The position numbers and the translations under genes were made by a program. The notes under the pieces were generated by a model that was given only the letters and a program-made list of their open reading frames with translations, did no database searches and was not told the origin of the DNA. This document shows positions 34,372 to 43,625 of a DNA stretch of 52,772 bases, piece after piece. The DNA is from an uncultured Actinomycetales bacterium (GTDB lineage: Bacteria; Actinomycetota; Actinomycetes; CAXTBU01), in contig CAXTBU010000012.1 in assembly GCA_964242885.1 (NCBI GenBank), positions 1 through 52,772 of the forward strand, read 5' to 3'. Each line of letters opens with the position of its first letter. Position 1 is the stretch's first letter.

Positions 34372-35474
34372 CCGACCAGCCGAGAGCGCCGATCTCGACA
34401 CCGATCTCCACCAGCGGCGACCGGTTCGTCCGCGACGACGTGCTCCAGCAGGCGCTGCGGCTCGCGGTCGGCGGCGACCCGACCTTCGTCGCGACGCCGA
34501 ACGGCTGGCCCGACGAGCCCTTCAGGTCCTTCGCCGGGGTCGAGGAGACCTGCGGGGACGAGGACGCGCTGATCGCCGGGCTCGACGGTGTCGAGATCGC
34601 GGTCACCCACGTGGCGCCGTTCACCGAGAAGGTGATCCGCGCCGCGCCGGCCCTGCGGTACATCGGCGTCGGGCGCGGCGGACCGGTGAACGTCGACCTG
34701 GCGGCGGCGGCCGCCGCCGGTATCACGGTGGCGAACGCGCCGGGCCGCAACGCCGTCGCGGTCGCCGAGTTCACGATCGGACTGGTGCTCTCGGCGTGCC
34801 GGCGGATCACCGAGTCCCACGTGTCGCTGACCGAGCCGGAGTGGCGCGGGGCCTTCTACCGCTACGAGGAGGCCGGCATCGAGCTGGCCGGGAACACCGT
34901 CGGGCTGATCGGGTTCGGCGCCGTCGGCCACCGGGTCGGCCGCCTCCTGGTGGCGTTCGGCGCGCGGGTCCTCGCCTACGACCCCCACATCGACCAGCAG
35001 CTGATCACCGACCAGGGCTGCGAGCCGGTGGCCACCCTCGGGGAGCTGCTCGAACGCTCGCCGATCCTCTCCCTGCACCCCCGGGTCACCGCCGAGACCC
35101 GCGGCATGGTCGGCGCCGACCAGCTCGCCCGGCTCCCGCGGGGGGCGGTGCTGGTCAACTCCGCCCGCGGTGCGCTGCTGGACCACAGCGCGCTGTGTGA
35201 CGCGCTGGACTCCGGCCGGCTGCGGGCCGCAGCCCTGGACACCTACGACGTCGAGCCGCTGCCCGCCGACTCGCGGCTGTACGCGACGCCGAACCTCACG
35301 ATGTCCCCGCACATCGCCGGCGCGACCGAGCAGAGCGCCCACAAGGCCGCCGAGATGGTCGCCGCCGACGTGGCCCGCTTCCTCGCCGGCGAGCCGCTGC
35401 GGTTCCCCGTCGTCAGCCCGGCGACGGCCGGGCGCGCCGGCGGCCACGCGACAGGGCCGATGCGCACGCCGTAG
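34368..35474 (+). CDS. D-isomer-specific 2-hydroxyacid dehydrogenase family protein
   Basis: ATGA overlap with the HAD stop. ...GLIGFGAVGHRVGRLL (NAD fold)...VNSARGALLD...MSPHIAG. Confidence 0.85.
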   Translation: MTDQPRAPISTPISTSGDRFVRDDVLQQALRLAVGGDPTFVATPNGWPDEPFRSFAGVEETCGDEDALIAGLDGVEIAVTHVAPFTEKVIRAAPALRYIGVGRGGPVNVDLAAAAAAGITVANAPGRNAVAVAEFTIGLVLSACRRITESHVSLTEPEWRGAFYRYEEAGIELAGNTVGLIGFGAVGHRVGRLLVAFGARVLAYDPHIDQQLITDQGCEPVATLGELLERSPILSLHPRVTAETRGMVGADQLARLPRGAVLVNSARGALLDHSALCDALDSGRLRAAALDTYDVEPLPADSRLYATPNLTMSPHIAGATEQSAHKAAEMVAADVARFLAGEPLRFPVVSPATAGRAGGHATGPMRTP

Positions 35475-35520
35475 GTTCGAACCGCTGGGTGGGCCGATGA
35501 CCCGGGGGAACGAGACGCAC

Positions 35521-35549
35521 CCGCCACCGCACTCCGCGGCCGGTGGCGG
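35521..35549 (+). terminator. Hairpin CCGCCACCG-N11-CGGTGGCGG between the dehydrogenase gene and glpD (terminator or attenuator)
   Basis: 9-bp perfect stem read directly. There is no U-tract, so the function is uncertain. Confidence 0.3.
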
Positions 35550-35572
35550 TCCGACCGCCAACGGAGGCTGAC

Positions 35573-37369
35573 GTGACCGACACCGACACCGCGACCGAAG
35601 CGCCCACTGCCCCGGCCTCGACGGCCGCCGCCAGGTCGGTGCTCAGCCCGGCCCAGCGGCGCCACGCCCTGCAGCAGCTCGCCGCCCGGGAGTTCGACGT
35701 CCTCGTCGTCGGGGGCGGGGTCACCGGCACCGGCATCGCGCTCGACGCGGCGACCCGCGGGCTGTCCACCGCACTGGTGGAGATGCGGGACTACGCCGCC
35801 GGGACGTCCAGCCGCTCGGGCAAGCTCTTCCACGGCGGGCTGCGCTACCTGGAGCAGCTGAACTTCTCCCTCGTCTGGGAGGCCCTGCACGAGCGCGGGT
35901 TGATGCTGAAGACGATCTGCCCGCACCTGGTGAAGCCGCTCAAGTTCATCTACCCCCTCGAGCACCGGGTGTGGGAGCGCGCCTACGCCGGGTCCGGGGT
36001 CCTGCTCTACGACGTGATGAGCGGGAGGTCCGGGGTCCCGCACCACCAGCACCTGACCAAGACCGGCGTCGCGAAGATCGCCCCGGGCCTGCGCCAGGAC
36101 ACCCTGGCCGGCGCGCTGACCTACTACGACGTCCAGGTCGACGACGCCCGGCACACGATGATGCTGGCCCGCACGGCCGCCGCCTACGGCGCGGTGGTCG
36201 CGTCCGCCGCGAAGGTCGTCGGCTTCCTCAAGGACGGCCCGCGGGTGGTCGGCGTTCAGGTGCTCGACACCGAGGACCCCGACGGGCGGGTGATCGACGT
36301 CCGGGCGCGGGAGGTCATCAACGCCGCCGGCGTCTGGACCGACGAGATCCAGGCGATGCTCGGCGGCAAGGGCCTGTTCCAGGTGAAGGCGTCCAAGGGC
36401 GTCCACATCATGGTGGCCAAGGACAAGATCCGGTCCGAGGCCGCGATCCTGTGCCGCGCCGAGGACAGCGTGCTGATCATCCGGCCGTGGGGTGAGCACT
36501 GGCTGATCGGGACCACCGACACCACGTGGGACTTCGACCTGTCCCACCCCGCCGCGTCCAAGGCCGACATCGACTACCTGCTGCGCAACGTCAACCGGAT
36601 CCTCACCCCGGAACTCACCTGGGACGACGTCGAGGGCGTCTACGCCGGCTTGCGGCCGCTGCTGTCCGGGGAGTCCGACGCGACCTCGAAGCTGTCCCGT
36701 GAGCACGCCGTGGTCAGCCCGGCACCGGGGCTGACGGTGATCGCCGGCGGCAAGTACACGACCTACCGGGTGATGGCACAGGACGCGGTCGACGCGGCGG
36801 TCAAGGACCTCGGCCGGCCGGTGCCCCCGTCGGTGACCGACCGGACGCCGCTGCTCGGGGCCGACGGCTACCTGGCGTACTGGAACTCCACCGACCGCCT
36901 CGCCCGCGAGTCCGGGCTGAGCGTGGAGCAGCTGGAGCACCTGCTGCGCCGGCAGGGCTCGCTGGTTCCCGACCTGCTCGCGCTCATCGCCGAGCGGCCC
37001 GAGCTGGGCGCCCCGATCCCCGGCGCGCCGGAGTACCTCCTCGCCGAGGCGCACTACGCGGCGTCGCACGAGGGCGCGCTGCACGTTGACGACGTGCTGA
37101 CCCGGCGGCTGCACGCCTCGATCGAGACCGCCGACCGCGGCCTGGAGGCGTCCCGGGCGATCGCCCCGGTGATGGCCGAGGTGCTCGGCTGGGACGAGGC
37201 GACGACGGCGGCCGAGGTCGAGCACTACGCCAAGCGGGTGGAGGCGGAGATCGCCTCGGAGAAGCTGCCGGACGACCGGTCCGCGGACGAGGCGCGCCGG
37301 GTCATCCGCGATCCGCGGATCAGCAGCAGCGAGGCCCGCCGGAAGGCCGAGTCCGTCCCGGTCAGCTGA
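35573..37369 (+). CDS. glpD: FAD-dependent glycerol-3-phosphate dehydrogenase
   Basis: GTG 35573 follows GGAGG. DVLVVGGGVTGTGIALDAATRGL...GTSSRSGKLFHGGLRYL... Confidence 0.9.
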   Translation: MTDTDTATEAPTAPASTAAARSVLSPAQRRHALQQLAAREFDVLVVGGGVTGTGIALDAATRGLSTALVEMRDYAAGTSSRSGKLFHGGLRYLEQLNFSLVWEALHERGLMLKTICPHLVKPLKFIYPLEHRVWERAYAGSGVLLYDVMSGRSGVPHHQHLTKTGVAKIAPGLRQDTLAGALTYYDVQVDDARHTMMLARTAAAYGAVVASAAKVVGFLKDGPRVVGVQVLDTEDPDGRVIDVRAREVINAAGVWTDEIQAMLGGKGLFQVKASKGVHIMVAKDKIRSEAAILCRAEDSVLIIRPWGEHWLIGTTDTTWDFDLSHPAASKADIDYLLRNVNRILTPELTWDDVEGVYAGLRPLLSGESDATSKLSREHAVVSPAPGLTVIAGGKYTTYRVMAQDAVDAAVKDLGRPVPPSVTDRTPLLGADGYLAYWNSTDRLARESGLSVEQLEHLLRRQGSLVPDLLALIAERPELGAPIPGAPEYLLAEAHYAASHEGALHVDDVLTRRLHASIETADRGLEASRAIAPVMAEVLGWDEATTAAEVEHYAKRVEAEIASEKLPDDRSADEARRVIRDPRISSSEARRKAESVPVS

Positions 37370-37583
37370 TGACCGGTACGACCTGCACCCGGCGGCCGTC
37401 CCGGCCGCGGCACCCGACGGGGCGCTGGGCCGGCTGCTGGCGATGACCCGCTGGCTGGGCGAGCCGACCCGGGAGCTGGCGATCCTGGCGGAGGGCAACA
37501 CCTCGCTGGCCACCGGGCCCGGCCGGATGCTGGTGAACGCATCCGGGTCATCGCTGGCCACCGCCACGTGCAGGCTCCGGTAG
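37369..37583 (+). pseudogene. N-terminal remnant of a class II aldolase/adducin-type (aldolase-SDR) gene
   Basis: The frame reads ...LGRLLAMTRWLGEPTRELAILAEGNTSLATGPGRMLVNASGSSLATA, then stops at TAG 37581. The only ATG (37369, overlapping the glpD stop) is in a different frame. The rest of the gene is absent. Confidence 0.4.
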
Positions 37584-37928
37584 CCGTTCGACTTGGGGTC
37601 CGCTAAGTAGTCCTTTGCCGTGACCAGCTCGGTGTCGGACTGCCTGACCAGCATGTCCGCGATCGTGTAGACGTCGGACACGAAACTGCAGAGCGATCCG
37701 GATGCCGGCGACGTCGGAGATGGACTCCCGGACGCTGGCCATGGTGAATGGAACGTCTTTCCTCCGCACCTTGGCGAAAAGGCTCTCCGTGCTCTTCAGT
37801 AACCGGCGTAGCTCCACGCCGGAGGCGAACATCGCTGCCCCGACGTCGATGGCGTCCTGAAGGGTCGACGGGGGGTGCTGGGGGAGGACCAGGTCGGTCA
37901 CGCTATTGGCCCGCACCTGTCGGCACAT
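37560..37928 (-). pseudogene. RelA/SpoT-domain small alarmone synthetase-like gene: 1-nt frameshift and 3' truncation
   Basis: From ATG 37928: ...LKSTESLFAKVRRKDVPF...ISDVAGIRIALQF. After an extra C near 37682 it continues in the frame of GTG 37681: VSDVYTIADMLVRQSDTELVTAKDYLADPKSNGYRSLHVAV. The downstream catalytic part (ExQxRT...) is missing. G+C is lower than in the flanks. Confidence 0.6.
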
Positions 37929-38132
37929 CGTCCGTCAGGCGCATCCGGGCGGGCCGAGGTACTCCAGCCGCGGTAGGACCGGCGTTGCGCGGTGGCGGAG
38001 GCGCTGGCTGGGTAGCCATCTCGGATGAGGGAGCCGCCGACAGGTCATCCCCCTTGCCGATTCCGGAGGGCATCCATTCCTGGGAAAGTCCCTGAGAAGG
38101 GATCCGCACACCTCGTCCACCAGGAGAATCCG

Positions 38133-38552
38133 ATGTCCGCACCCGTTCTCGCACCGACTCGCGCCCGATCTGTCGTCCCGTGGTCCCTGCAGGTGGTGCT
38201 CGCCGTCGCATTCGTGTACTTCGGCGTCACCAAGTACGCCGGCGGCGCGGCCATCGTCGAGAGCTTCGAGGAGATCGGTGCCGGGCAGTGGCTGCGTTAC
38301 GCCACCGGGACGACCGAGATCCTCGGCGGTCTGGCGTTGCTCTACCGGCCCCTGGCCGGCCTGGCGGCTGGTGCCCTGGCGGCCCAGATGGTCGGTGCGG
38401 CGCTCACCCAAGTCGTCGTCGTGGAGGACGGTTCCCCGGCGCTCCCGATCGTCCTCGGGCTGCTGGCCCTGGTGGTCGCGGTACTGCGCCGGGACCAGGC
38501 GGTCGACACGGTTCGCCACCTCCGCCGCCGCTTCCTCCCCGTCGCCCGCTGA
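38133..38552 (+). CDS. DoxX family membrane protein
   Basis: ATG 38133 follows CAGGAGAA. VVPWSLQVVLAVAFVYFGVTKYAG...TEILGGLALL. Confidence 0.8.
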   Translation: MSAPVLAPTRARSVVPWSLQVVLAVAFVYFGVTKYAGGAAIVESFEEIGAGQWLRYATGTTEILGGLALLYRPLAGLAAGALAAQMVGAALTQVVVVEDGSPALPIVLGLLALVVAVLRRDQAVDTVRHLRRRFLPVAR

Positions 38553-38585
38553 TCCCGACGACCACCCACACGAAGGAGCCTCGTC

Positions 38586-40751
38586 ATGTCCCAGTTCCTC
38601 TACCGCCTCGGTCTCCTCTCCTTCCGCCGGCGCCGCCTGTTCCTCGTCGGCTGGTTGGCGGTCCTCGGCATCACCCTCGGTGCGTCCGTGCTCTGGTCCG
38701 GTTCGCCCTCCAACGGTCTCGACGTGCCCGGCACCGAAGCACAGCTGGCCAACGACACCCTGCAGCGGGAGTTCCCGCAGGCCGCCGGCGGCCGTGCATC
38801 GGCGACGGTGGTCGTCGCCGCCGACGAGGGGGAGACCCTCGCCGACCCGGCCAACGCCGCGGCCGTCGCCGACGTCGCCGGCCGCCTGGCATCCGCGCCG
38901 CAGGTCGAGGCCGTCGCACCGCTGGACCAGCGCTCCACGAGTCCGGACGGCCGGACCGGACTGCTCGAGGTCACCTACGCCGTCCCACCCGACCAGCTCA
39001 CGCCAGCAGCACGCGACGCACTCACCCAGGCGGTCGCCGCCAGCCGGGCTGCCGGGCTCACCACCGAGGTCAGCGGCAACGCGGTCGACGGCGGAGTCGC
39101 GCTCGGGAACGCGGAGATCGTCGGGCTGGCCGTCGCTGCGCTGGTCCTGATGATCACGTTCGGGTCCTTGGTGGCCGCCGGACTACCCCTGGTGACAGCG
39201 CTGCTGGGGGTCGTGATCGGCTTTTCCGGGATCGCGCTGGCCTCGGCCTTGGTGGACATGCCGTCGGCGGTGAGCACGTTGGCGCTGATGCTGGGTCTCG
39301 CGGTGGGCATCGACTACGCGCTGTTCATCACCTCCCGCTACCGCTCCGAACTCGCCCGAGGCCACGAGCCTGCCGAGGCCGCCGGTCGGGCCGTCGCCAC
39401 CGCCGGCTCCGCCGTCGTCTTCGCCGGGTTGACCGTGATCATCGCCCTGGTCGGGCTGATGGTCGTCAACATCCCGTTCCTGACGGCGATGGGTCTCGGA
39501 TCTGCCGGCGTCGTGGCGATCGCGGTGCTGATCGCGCTGACCCTGCTGCCCGCGCTGTTCGGCTTCGCGGGCCGAAGGGTCCTCGGCCGGCGCGCTCGAC
39601 GCTCGCCCGCCGTGCCGGTGAGCCGGCGGCAGACGCTGGGGCGACGGTGGGTCTCCTTCGTGGTGCGCCGTCCGGTCGTCACGGTGGTCGCGGTCGTCGC
39701 AGTGCTGGGGACCGCCGCCATCCCCACGCTCGACCTGCGCCTCGGGCTGCCCGACGACGGCATGGCCGCGGCCGACTCCTCGCCGCGCCGGGCCTACGAC
39801 CTCGTCTCGGCGGGATTCGGACCGGGCTACAACGGCCCGCTCACCGTGGTGGTGCAGGGTCCGGACGTGGCCGCGGTCAGCACGACGGTGTCCGACCTGC
39901 CCGGCGTCGCATCGGTGAGCCCGGCCCGTGCGTCGGACTCGGGCGCCGTGTCGGTCTTCTCGGTGACGCCCACCTCCGGCCCCAACGACCCGGCCACCAC
40001 CGACCTCGTGGAGGCGATCCGCGCGGCGACGTCCGACGCCCCCGGCGGGGACGTCTCGGTCACCGGGCTCACGGCCGTCAACATCGACTCGTCGGCGACG
40101 ATCAGCAGCTCGCTGCTGCCCTACCTCGCGCTGATCGTCGGGCTGGCGTTCCTGCTGCTGCTGGTGGTCTTCCGATCCGTGCTCGTGCCCATCAAGGCCA
40201 CGCTGGGCTTCCTGCTCACCATCGGGACGACCTTCGGTGTCATGGTCGCGGTGTTCCAGTGGGGCTGGCTGAACGGTCCGCTGGGGGTGGATGCGAACGG
40301 GCCGATCGTGAGCATGATGCCGATCTTCATCATCGGGATCGTGTTCGGTCTGTCCATGGACTACGAGGTCTTCCTGGTGACCAGGATGCGGGAGGAGCAC
40401 GTCGCCGGCGCCAGTCCCCGGGCGGCGATCGTCGAGGGCTTCTCGGCCAGCGCGCGGGTGGTCACGGCAGCCGCCGCGATCATGGTCAGCATCTTCGCCG
40501 GCTTCCTGTTCTCACCCGACATCTCGATCCAGATGCCGGGTCTGGGGCTGGCCACCGCCATCCTGGCGGACGCGTTCCTGGTGCGGATGACCCTCGTCCC
40601 GGCCGTGCTCGCGCTGCTGGGACGGTCCGCGTGGTGGCTGCCCCGCTGGCTGGACCGGGCGCTGCCCGACCTCGACGTCGAGGGCAGCGGGCTCGAGGTG
40701 CCGGCGCCCGCCGGCGGAGCTGCCGCCCCGGTCCCGGCGCTTGTCCCGTGA
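38586..40751 (+). CDS. MMPL family RND-type transporter
   Basis: 721-aa ORF. MSQFLYRLGLLSFRRRRLFLVGWL...GIDYALFITSRYRSEL...GLSMDYEVFLVTRMREE. Two MMPL halves. Confidence 0.9.
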   Translation: MSQFLYRLGLLSFRRRRLFLVGWLAVLGITLGASVLWSGSPSNGLDVPGTEAQLANDTLQREFPQAAGGRASATVVVAADEGETLADPANAAAVADVAGRLASAPQVEAVAPLDQRSTSPDGRTGLLEVTYAVPPDQLTPAARDALTQAVAASRAAGLTTEVSGNAVDGGVALGNAEIVGLAVAALVLMITFGSLVAAGLPLVTALLGVVIGFSGIALASALVDMPSAVSTLALMLGLAVGIDYALFITSRYRSELARGHEPAEAAGRAVATAGSAVVFAGLTVIIALVGLMVVNIPFLTAMGLGSAGVVAIAVLIALTLLPALFGFAGRRVLGRRARRSPAVPVSRRQTLGRRWVSFVVRRPVVTVVAVVAVLGTAAIPTLDLRLGLPDDGMAAADSSPRRAYDLVSAGFGPGYNGPLTVVVQGPDVAAVSTTVSDLPGVASVSPARASDSGAVSVFSVTPTSGPNDPATTDLVEAIRAATSDAPGGDVSVTGLTAVNIDSSATISSSLLPYLALIVGLAFLLLLVVFRSVLVPIKATLGFLLTIGTTFGVMVAVFQWGWLNGPLGVDANGPIVSMMPIFIIGIVFGLSMDYEVFLVTRMREEHVAGASPRAAIVEGFSASARVVTAAAAIMVSIFAGFLFSPDISIQMPGLGLATAILADAFLVRMTLVPAVLALLGRSAWWLPRWLDRALPDLDVEGSGLEVPAPAGGAAAPVPALVP

Positions 40752-40806
40752 CCACCGTGCCCCCGCCGTCACGGCGGTGAGACCGGACGACGGCACGGCC
40801 ACCGCT

Positions 40807-40832
40807 CCCCGTCGGGCACGCGCCCGACGGGG
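40807..40832. terminator. Bidirectional terminator hairpin CCCCGTCGGGC-acgc-GCCCGACGGGG
   Basis: 11-bp perfect stem between the convergent MMPL (stop 40751) and response regulator (stop 40855) genes. Confidence 0.6.
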
Positions 40833-40854
40833 ACCGGTGGCGTCGTGGAGCGGC

Positions 40855-41604
40855 CTACCGGCGCCGGGTGGTGTCGGAGCACGGTGCACCGGCCTGGTCC
40901 GCCCGCTGGGCCGATGCGGCACCCGGAGCGGGCGGGGAGCTCGTGCGGCGCAGGAGCCCGGTCTCGTAGGCGAAGATCACCGCCTGGACCCGGTCGCGCA
41001 GTGCCAGCTTGGCCAGGACCCGGCCCACGTGGGTCTTGACCGTGGCCTCGGAGAGCACCAGCGAGCGCGCGATCTCGGCGTTGCTCTGGCCGGCGGCCAT
41101 CTGGTGGAACACCTCGCGTTCACGGACCGTGAGCTCGGCGAGCCCGTCCGGTCCGGGATCCGGGACACCGGCGTCTGCGAGGCCGTTGGCGAACTCCTCC
41201 AGCAGCCGGCGGGTCATCCGCGGGCTGACGACGGCATCACCTCGTCCCACCGAGCGGATTGCCCCGACGAGCTCCGCGGGGGCGACGTCCTTGAGCAGGA
41301 AGCCGCTGGCACCGGCCGACAGGCCGGCGAACGCGTACTCGTCGAGGTCGAACGTGGTGAGCAGGAGCACCCGGGCGTCGGGCACCTGGCGGACGATCTC
41401 CCGCGTCGCCTCGATCCCGTCGGCGCGCGGCATCCGCACGTCCATCAGGACCACGTCCGGGCGCGTCGCCCGGGACATGCGCACCGCCTCGATGCCGTCG
41501 CCGGCCTCGCCGACGACGAACATGTCGTCCTCTCCGCCAAGCACCAGGCCGATCCCGTGACGCAGCAGGGGTTGGTCATCGACCAGCAGGATCCTGATCA
41601 CCAT
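40855..41604 (-). CDS. LuxR/NarL family response regulator (pair 1)
   Basis: MVIRILLVDDQPLLR...VVLMDVRMP...SNAEIARSLVLSEATVKTHV. ATG 41604 overlaps the kinase stop. Confidence 0.9.
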   Translation of the reverse strand: MVIRILLVDDQPLLRHGIGLVLGGEDDMFVVGEAGDGIEAVRMSRATRPDVVLMDVRMPRADGIEATREIVRQVPDARVLLLTTFDLDEYAFAGLSAGASGFLLKDVAPAELVGAIRSVGRGDAVVSPRMTRRLLEEFANGLADAGVPDPGPDGLAELTVREREVFHQMAAGQSNAEIARSLVLSEATVKTHVGRVLAKLALRDRVQAVIFAYETGLLRRTSSPPAPGAASAQRADQAGAPCSDTTRRR

Positions 41605-42857
41605 GCCGACACATCCGCCGCGGGCAGGACCAGCCGGGCACTGACCCGCCAAGCCCGGTGGTCGACGGGCCCGGCCTCCACCTCGCCCCCGAACACGGTG
41701 GCCCGCTCCCGCATCCCGGTGATGCCGTGGCCCGGCTGGAGCCGCGCCGCCGACCTGTCGATCGGCGGCGAGCCGTCGTTGCTGATCGTGATGGCGACCT
41801 CCTGCTGGTCGAAGCGGAGTTCGACGCAGGCCTCGCTGGCCAGCGGAGCGTGCTTGAGCACGTTGGTCAGCCCCTCCTGGACGATGCGGTAGACCGCGAG
41901 TTCGGCGCCCGCGGACACGTCGGGGGGACGACCGGTGACGACCAGCGTGACAGGAAGGTTGGCGGCACGAACCCGCTGCACGAGCTCATCGAGGTCCGCG
42001 AGACCGGGTTGTGGCCCCGACTCCGGATCAGCGTGGTCGCGTAGCGCTCCGAGCAGGCGGCGGATCTCGTTGAGTGCCTGTCGGCCGGTGGCCGACGACT
42101 TCTCGATGGCAGCTCGAGCGGCTCTCGGGTCGCGGTCCAGCGCGACCGTCGCCCCGTCGCCCAGGGCGATCATGACGGACAGGTTGTGCGCGACGATGTC
42201 GTGGATCTCGCGGGACAGCTGGTTCCGTTGCTCGGCCCGGATGGTCAGGGCCTGCTGGTCGCGTTCCCGCTCGGCGGTGGCTGCCCGGTCGAGGACCGAG
42301 CGGAGGTAGGCCTGTCGGGTGCGGACGTAGATGCCGGCGAGCCAGGCCGCGGTGACGGTGCCGGCGAGCAGGACGACGGTCTGCAGGGTGGCGTCGCCGG
42401 GGGACCAGGCGACGACTGCGGCGGTCCCGGCGACCACGGCGGTTGCCACGCTGCCCACGAGTGCCCAGCGACGCCGCTCGTGGGCGCCGACGGAGTAGAG
42501 CCCGACGAGCAGCGCGACCTCGCCTGCCTGGGCGCCGGTGTGCAGGAACTGCGCGACGGCGACGGCTGCGGTGGCGGCGAAGACCTCGGTGGGGAACCGC
42601 CGCCGCGCCAGCAGCGGCAGCGCCACCAGCGCCTGGACCGACCACGGGGTCCTCGGACTGGTGTCCTGCCACAGGCTGCTCCCGATCGAGACCGCGACCA
42701 CGAGTACCACGGTCGCGACGTCGAGCCAGACGCCGGAGGCCCCCGCGACGCCGAACCTCGGTCGTGACCGCGGTTCGACCGGGGGCAGCTGCCCGCGACC
42801 CAGCCGGCGCACCGCGCCGCGCACCGTTCTGTCGCGCTCCCGTCGCAGGTCAGCCAC
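41598..42857 (-). CDS. Sensor histidine kinase, HisKA_3 (DesK/NarX-like) type (pair 1)
   Basis: TM-rich N-terminus, then LSREIHDIVAHNLSV (H-box) and ...QEGLTNVLKHA...GHGITGMRERA. Confidence 0.85.
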   Translation of the reverse strand: MADLRRERDRTVRGAVRRLGRGQLPPVEPRSRPRFGVAGASGVWLDVATVVLVVAVSIGSSLWQDTSPRTPWSVQALVALPLLARRRFPTEVFAATAAVAVAQFLHTGAQAGEVALLVGLYSVGAHERRRWALVGSVATAVVAGTAAVVAWSPGDATLQTVVLLAGTVTAAWLAGIYVRTRQAYLRSVLDRAATAERERDQQALTIRAEQRNQLSREIHDIVAHNLSVMIALGDGATVALDRDPRAARAAIEKSSATGRQALNEIRRLLGALRDHADPESGPQPGLADLDELVQRVRAANLPVTLVVTGRPPDVSAGAELAVYRIVQEGLTNVLKHAPLASEACVELRFDQQEVAITISNDGSPPIDRSAARLQPGHGITGMRERATVFGGEVEAGPVDHRAWRVSARLVLPAADVSAW

Positions 42858-43545
42858 CAGACGCGCCCGGGCCGGGATCGGCTGACCGGACCAGGCCGGT
42901 CTGGTAGGCGAGCACCACGAGCTGTGCCCGGTCCCGCACGCGCAGTTTGGTCATCGACCGGTTGACGTGGGTCTTGACCGTCAGCGGCGACAGGAACAGG
43001 CGGGCGGCGATGTCCTCGTTGCTCATCCCCTGGGCGACCAGGGACACCATCTCCCGCTCCCGGTCGGTGAGGGCGGCGAGCACCGCGGGCGACGGCGGTG
43101 CCACGCCGGGATCGGGGGTGGCCAGGAACCTGGCGATCAGGCTGCGGGTGGCCCGCGGCGAGAGCAGGGCATCCCCCCGGGCGACCACGCGGATGGCGTC
43201 GAGCAGCTCGTCGGGCTCGACGCTCTTGCCCAGGAAGCCGCTCGCGCCCGCGCGCAGCGCGTCCAGGACGTACTCGTCGGCTTCGAAGGTGGTCAGCACG
43301 ATGACCTTGACCGCGGACAGCTCCGGCGACCGGGTGATCTGGCCGGCTGCCGTCAGCCCGTCCATGCCCGGCATCCGGATGTCCATCAGCACGACGTCCG
43401 GGCGCAGCTGGAGCGCCTGCCGGATCGCCTGGGCACCGTCGCCTGCCTCGCCGACCACCTCCAGGTCGCCGGCGCTGTTGACCAGGGCGGCGAACCCGGA
43501 GCGGATGAGCGCCTGGTCGTCGGCGACCAGCACGCGGACGGTCAT
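42850..43545 (-). CDS. LuxR/NarL family response regulator (pair 2)
   Basis: MTVRVLVADDQALIR...VVLMDIRMPGMDG...SNEDIAARLFLSPLTVKTHV. Confidence 0.9.
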   Translation of the reverse strand: MTVRVLVADDQALIRSGFAALVNSAGDLEVVGEAGDGAQAIRQALQLRPDVVLMDIRMPGMDGLTAAGQITRSPELSAVKVIVLTTFEADEYVLDALRAGASGFLGKSVEPDELLDAIRVVARGDALLSPRATRSLIARFLATPDPGVAPPSPAVLAALTDREREMVSLVAQGMSNEDIAARLFLSPLTVKTHVNRSMTKLRVRDRAQLVVLAYQTGLVRSADPGPGASGG

Positions 43546-43625
43546 CCCGGCCCGCTCATGCCGGCCCGCTCATCCCGGCCCGCTGGTGGCCTGCCCGCTC
43601 GTGGCCGGCCCGCTCGCCGGCCCGC
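43542..43625. repeat. Six tandem 12-15-nt units (minus strand GCGGGCCGG[G/C]ATGA and variants) spanning the kinase stop / regulator start junction
   Basis: Plus-strand units: 43542..43555, 43556..43569, 43570..43583, 43584..43598, 43599..43613, 43614..43625. They encode the AGERAGHERAGHQRAGMSGPA tail of the kinase. Confidence 0.65.

Noticed and set aside
37935-38519. 194-aa minus-strand ORF, and other ORFs antisense to the DoxX gene, considered as a possible antitoxin or partner of the alarmone-synthetase remnant
   Set aside because: It mostly overlaps the DoxX coding region in antisense, has shadow-frame composition, and has no recognisable domain.
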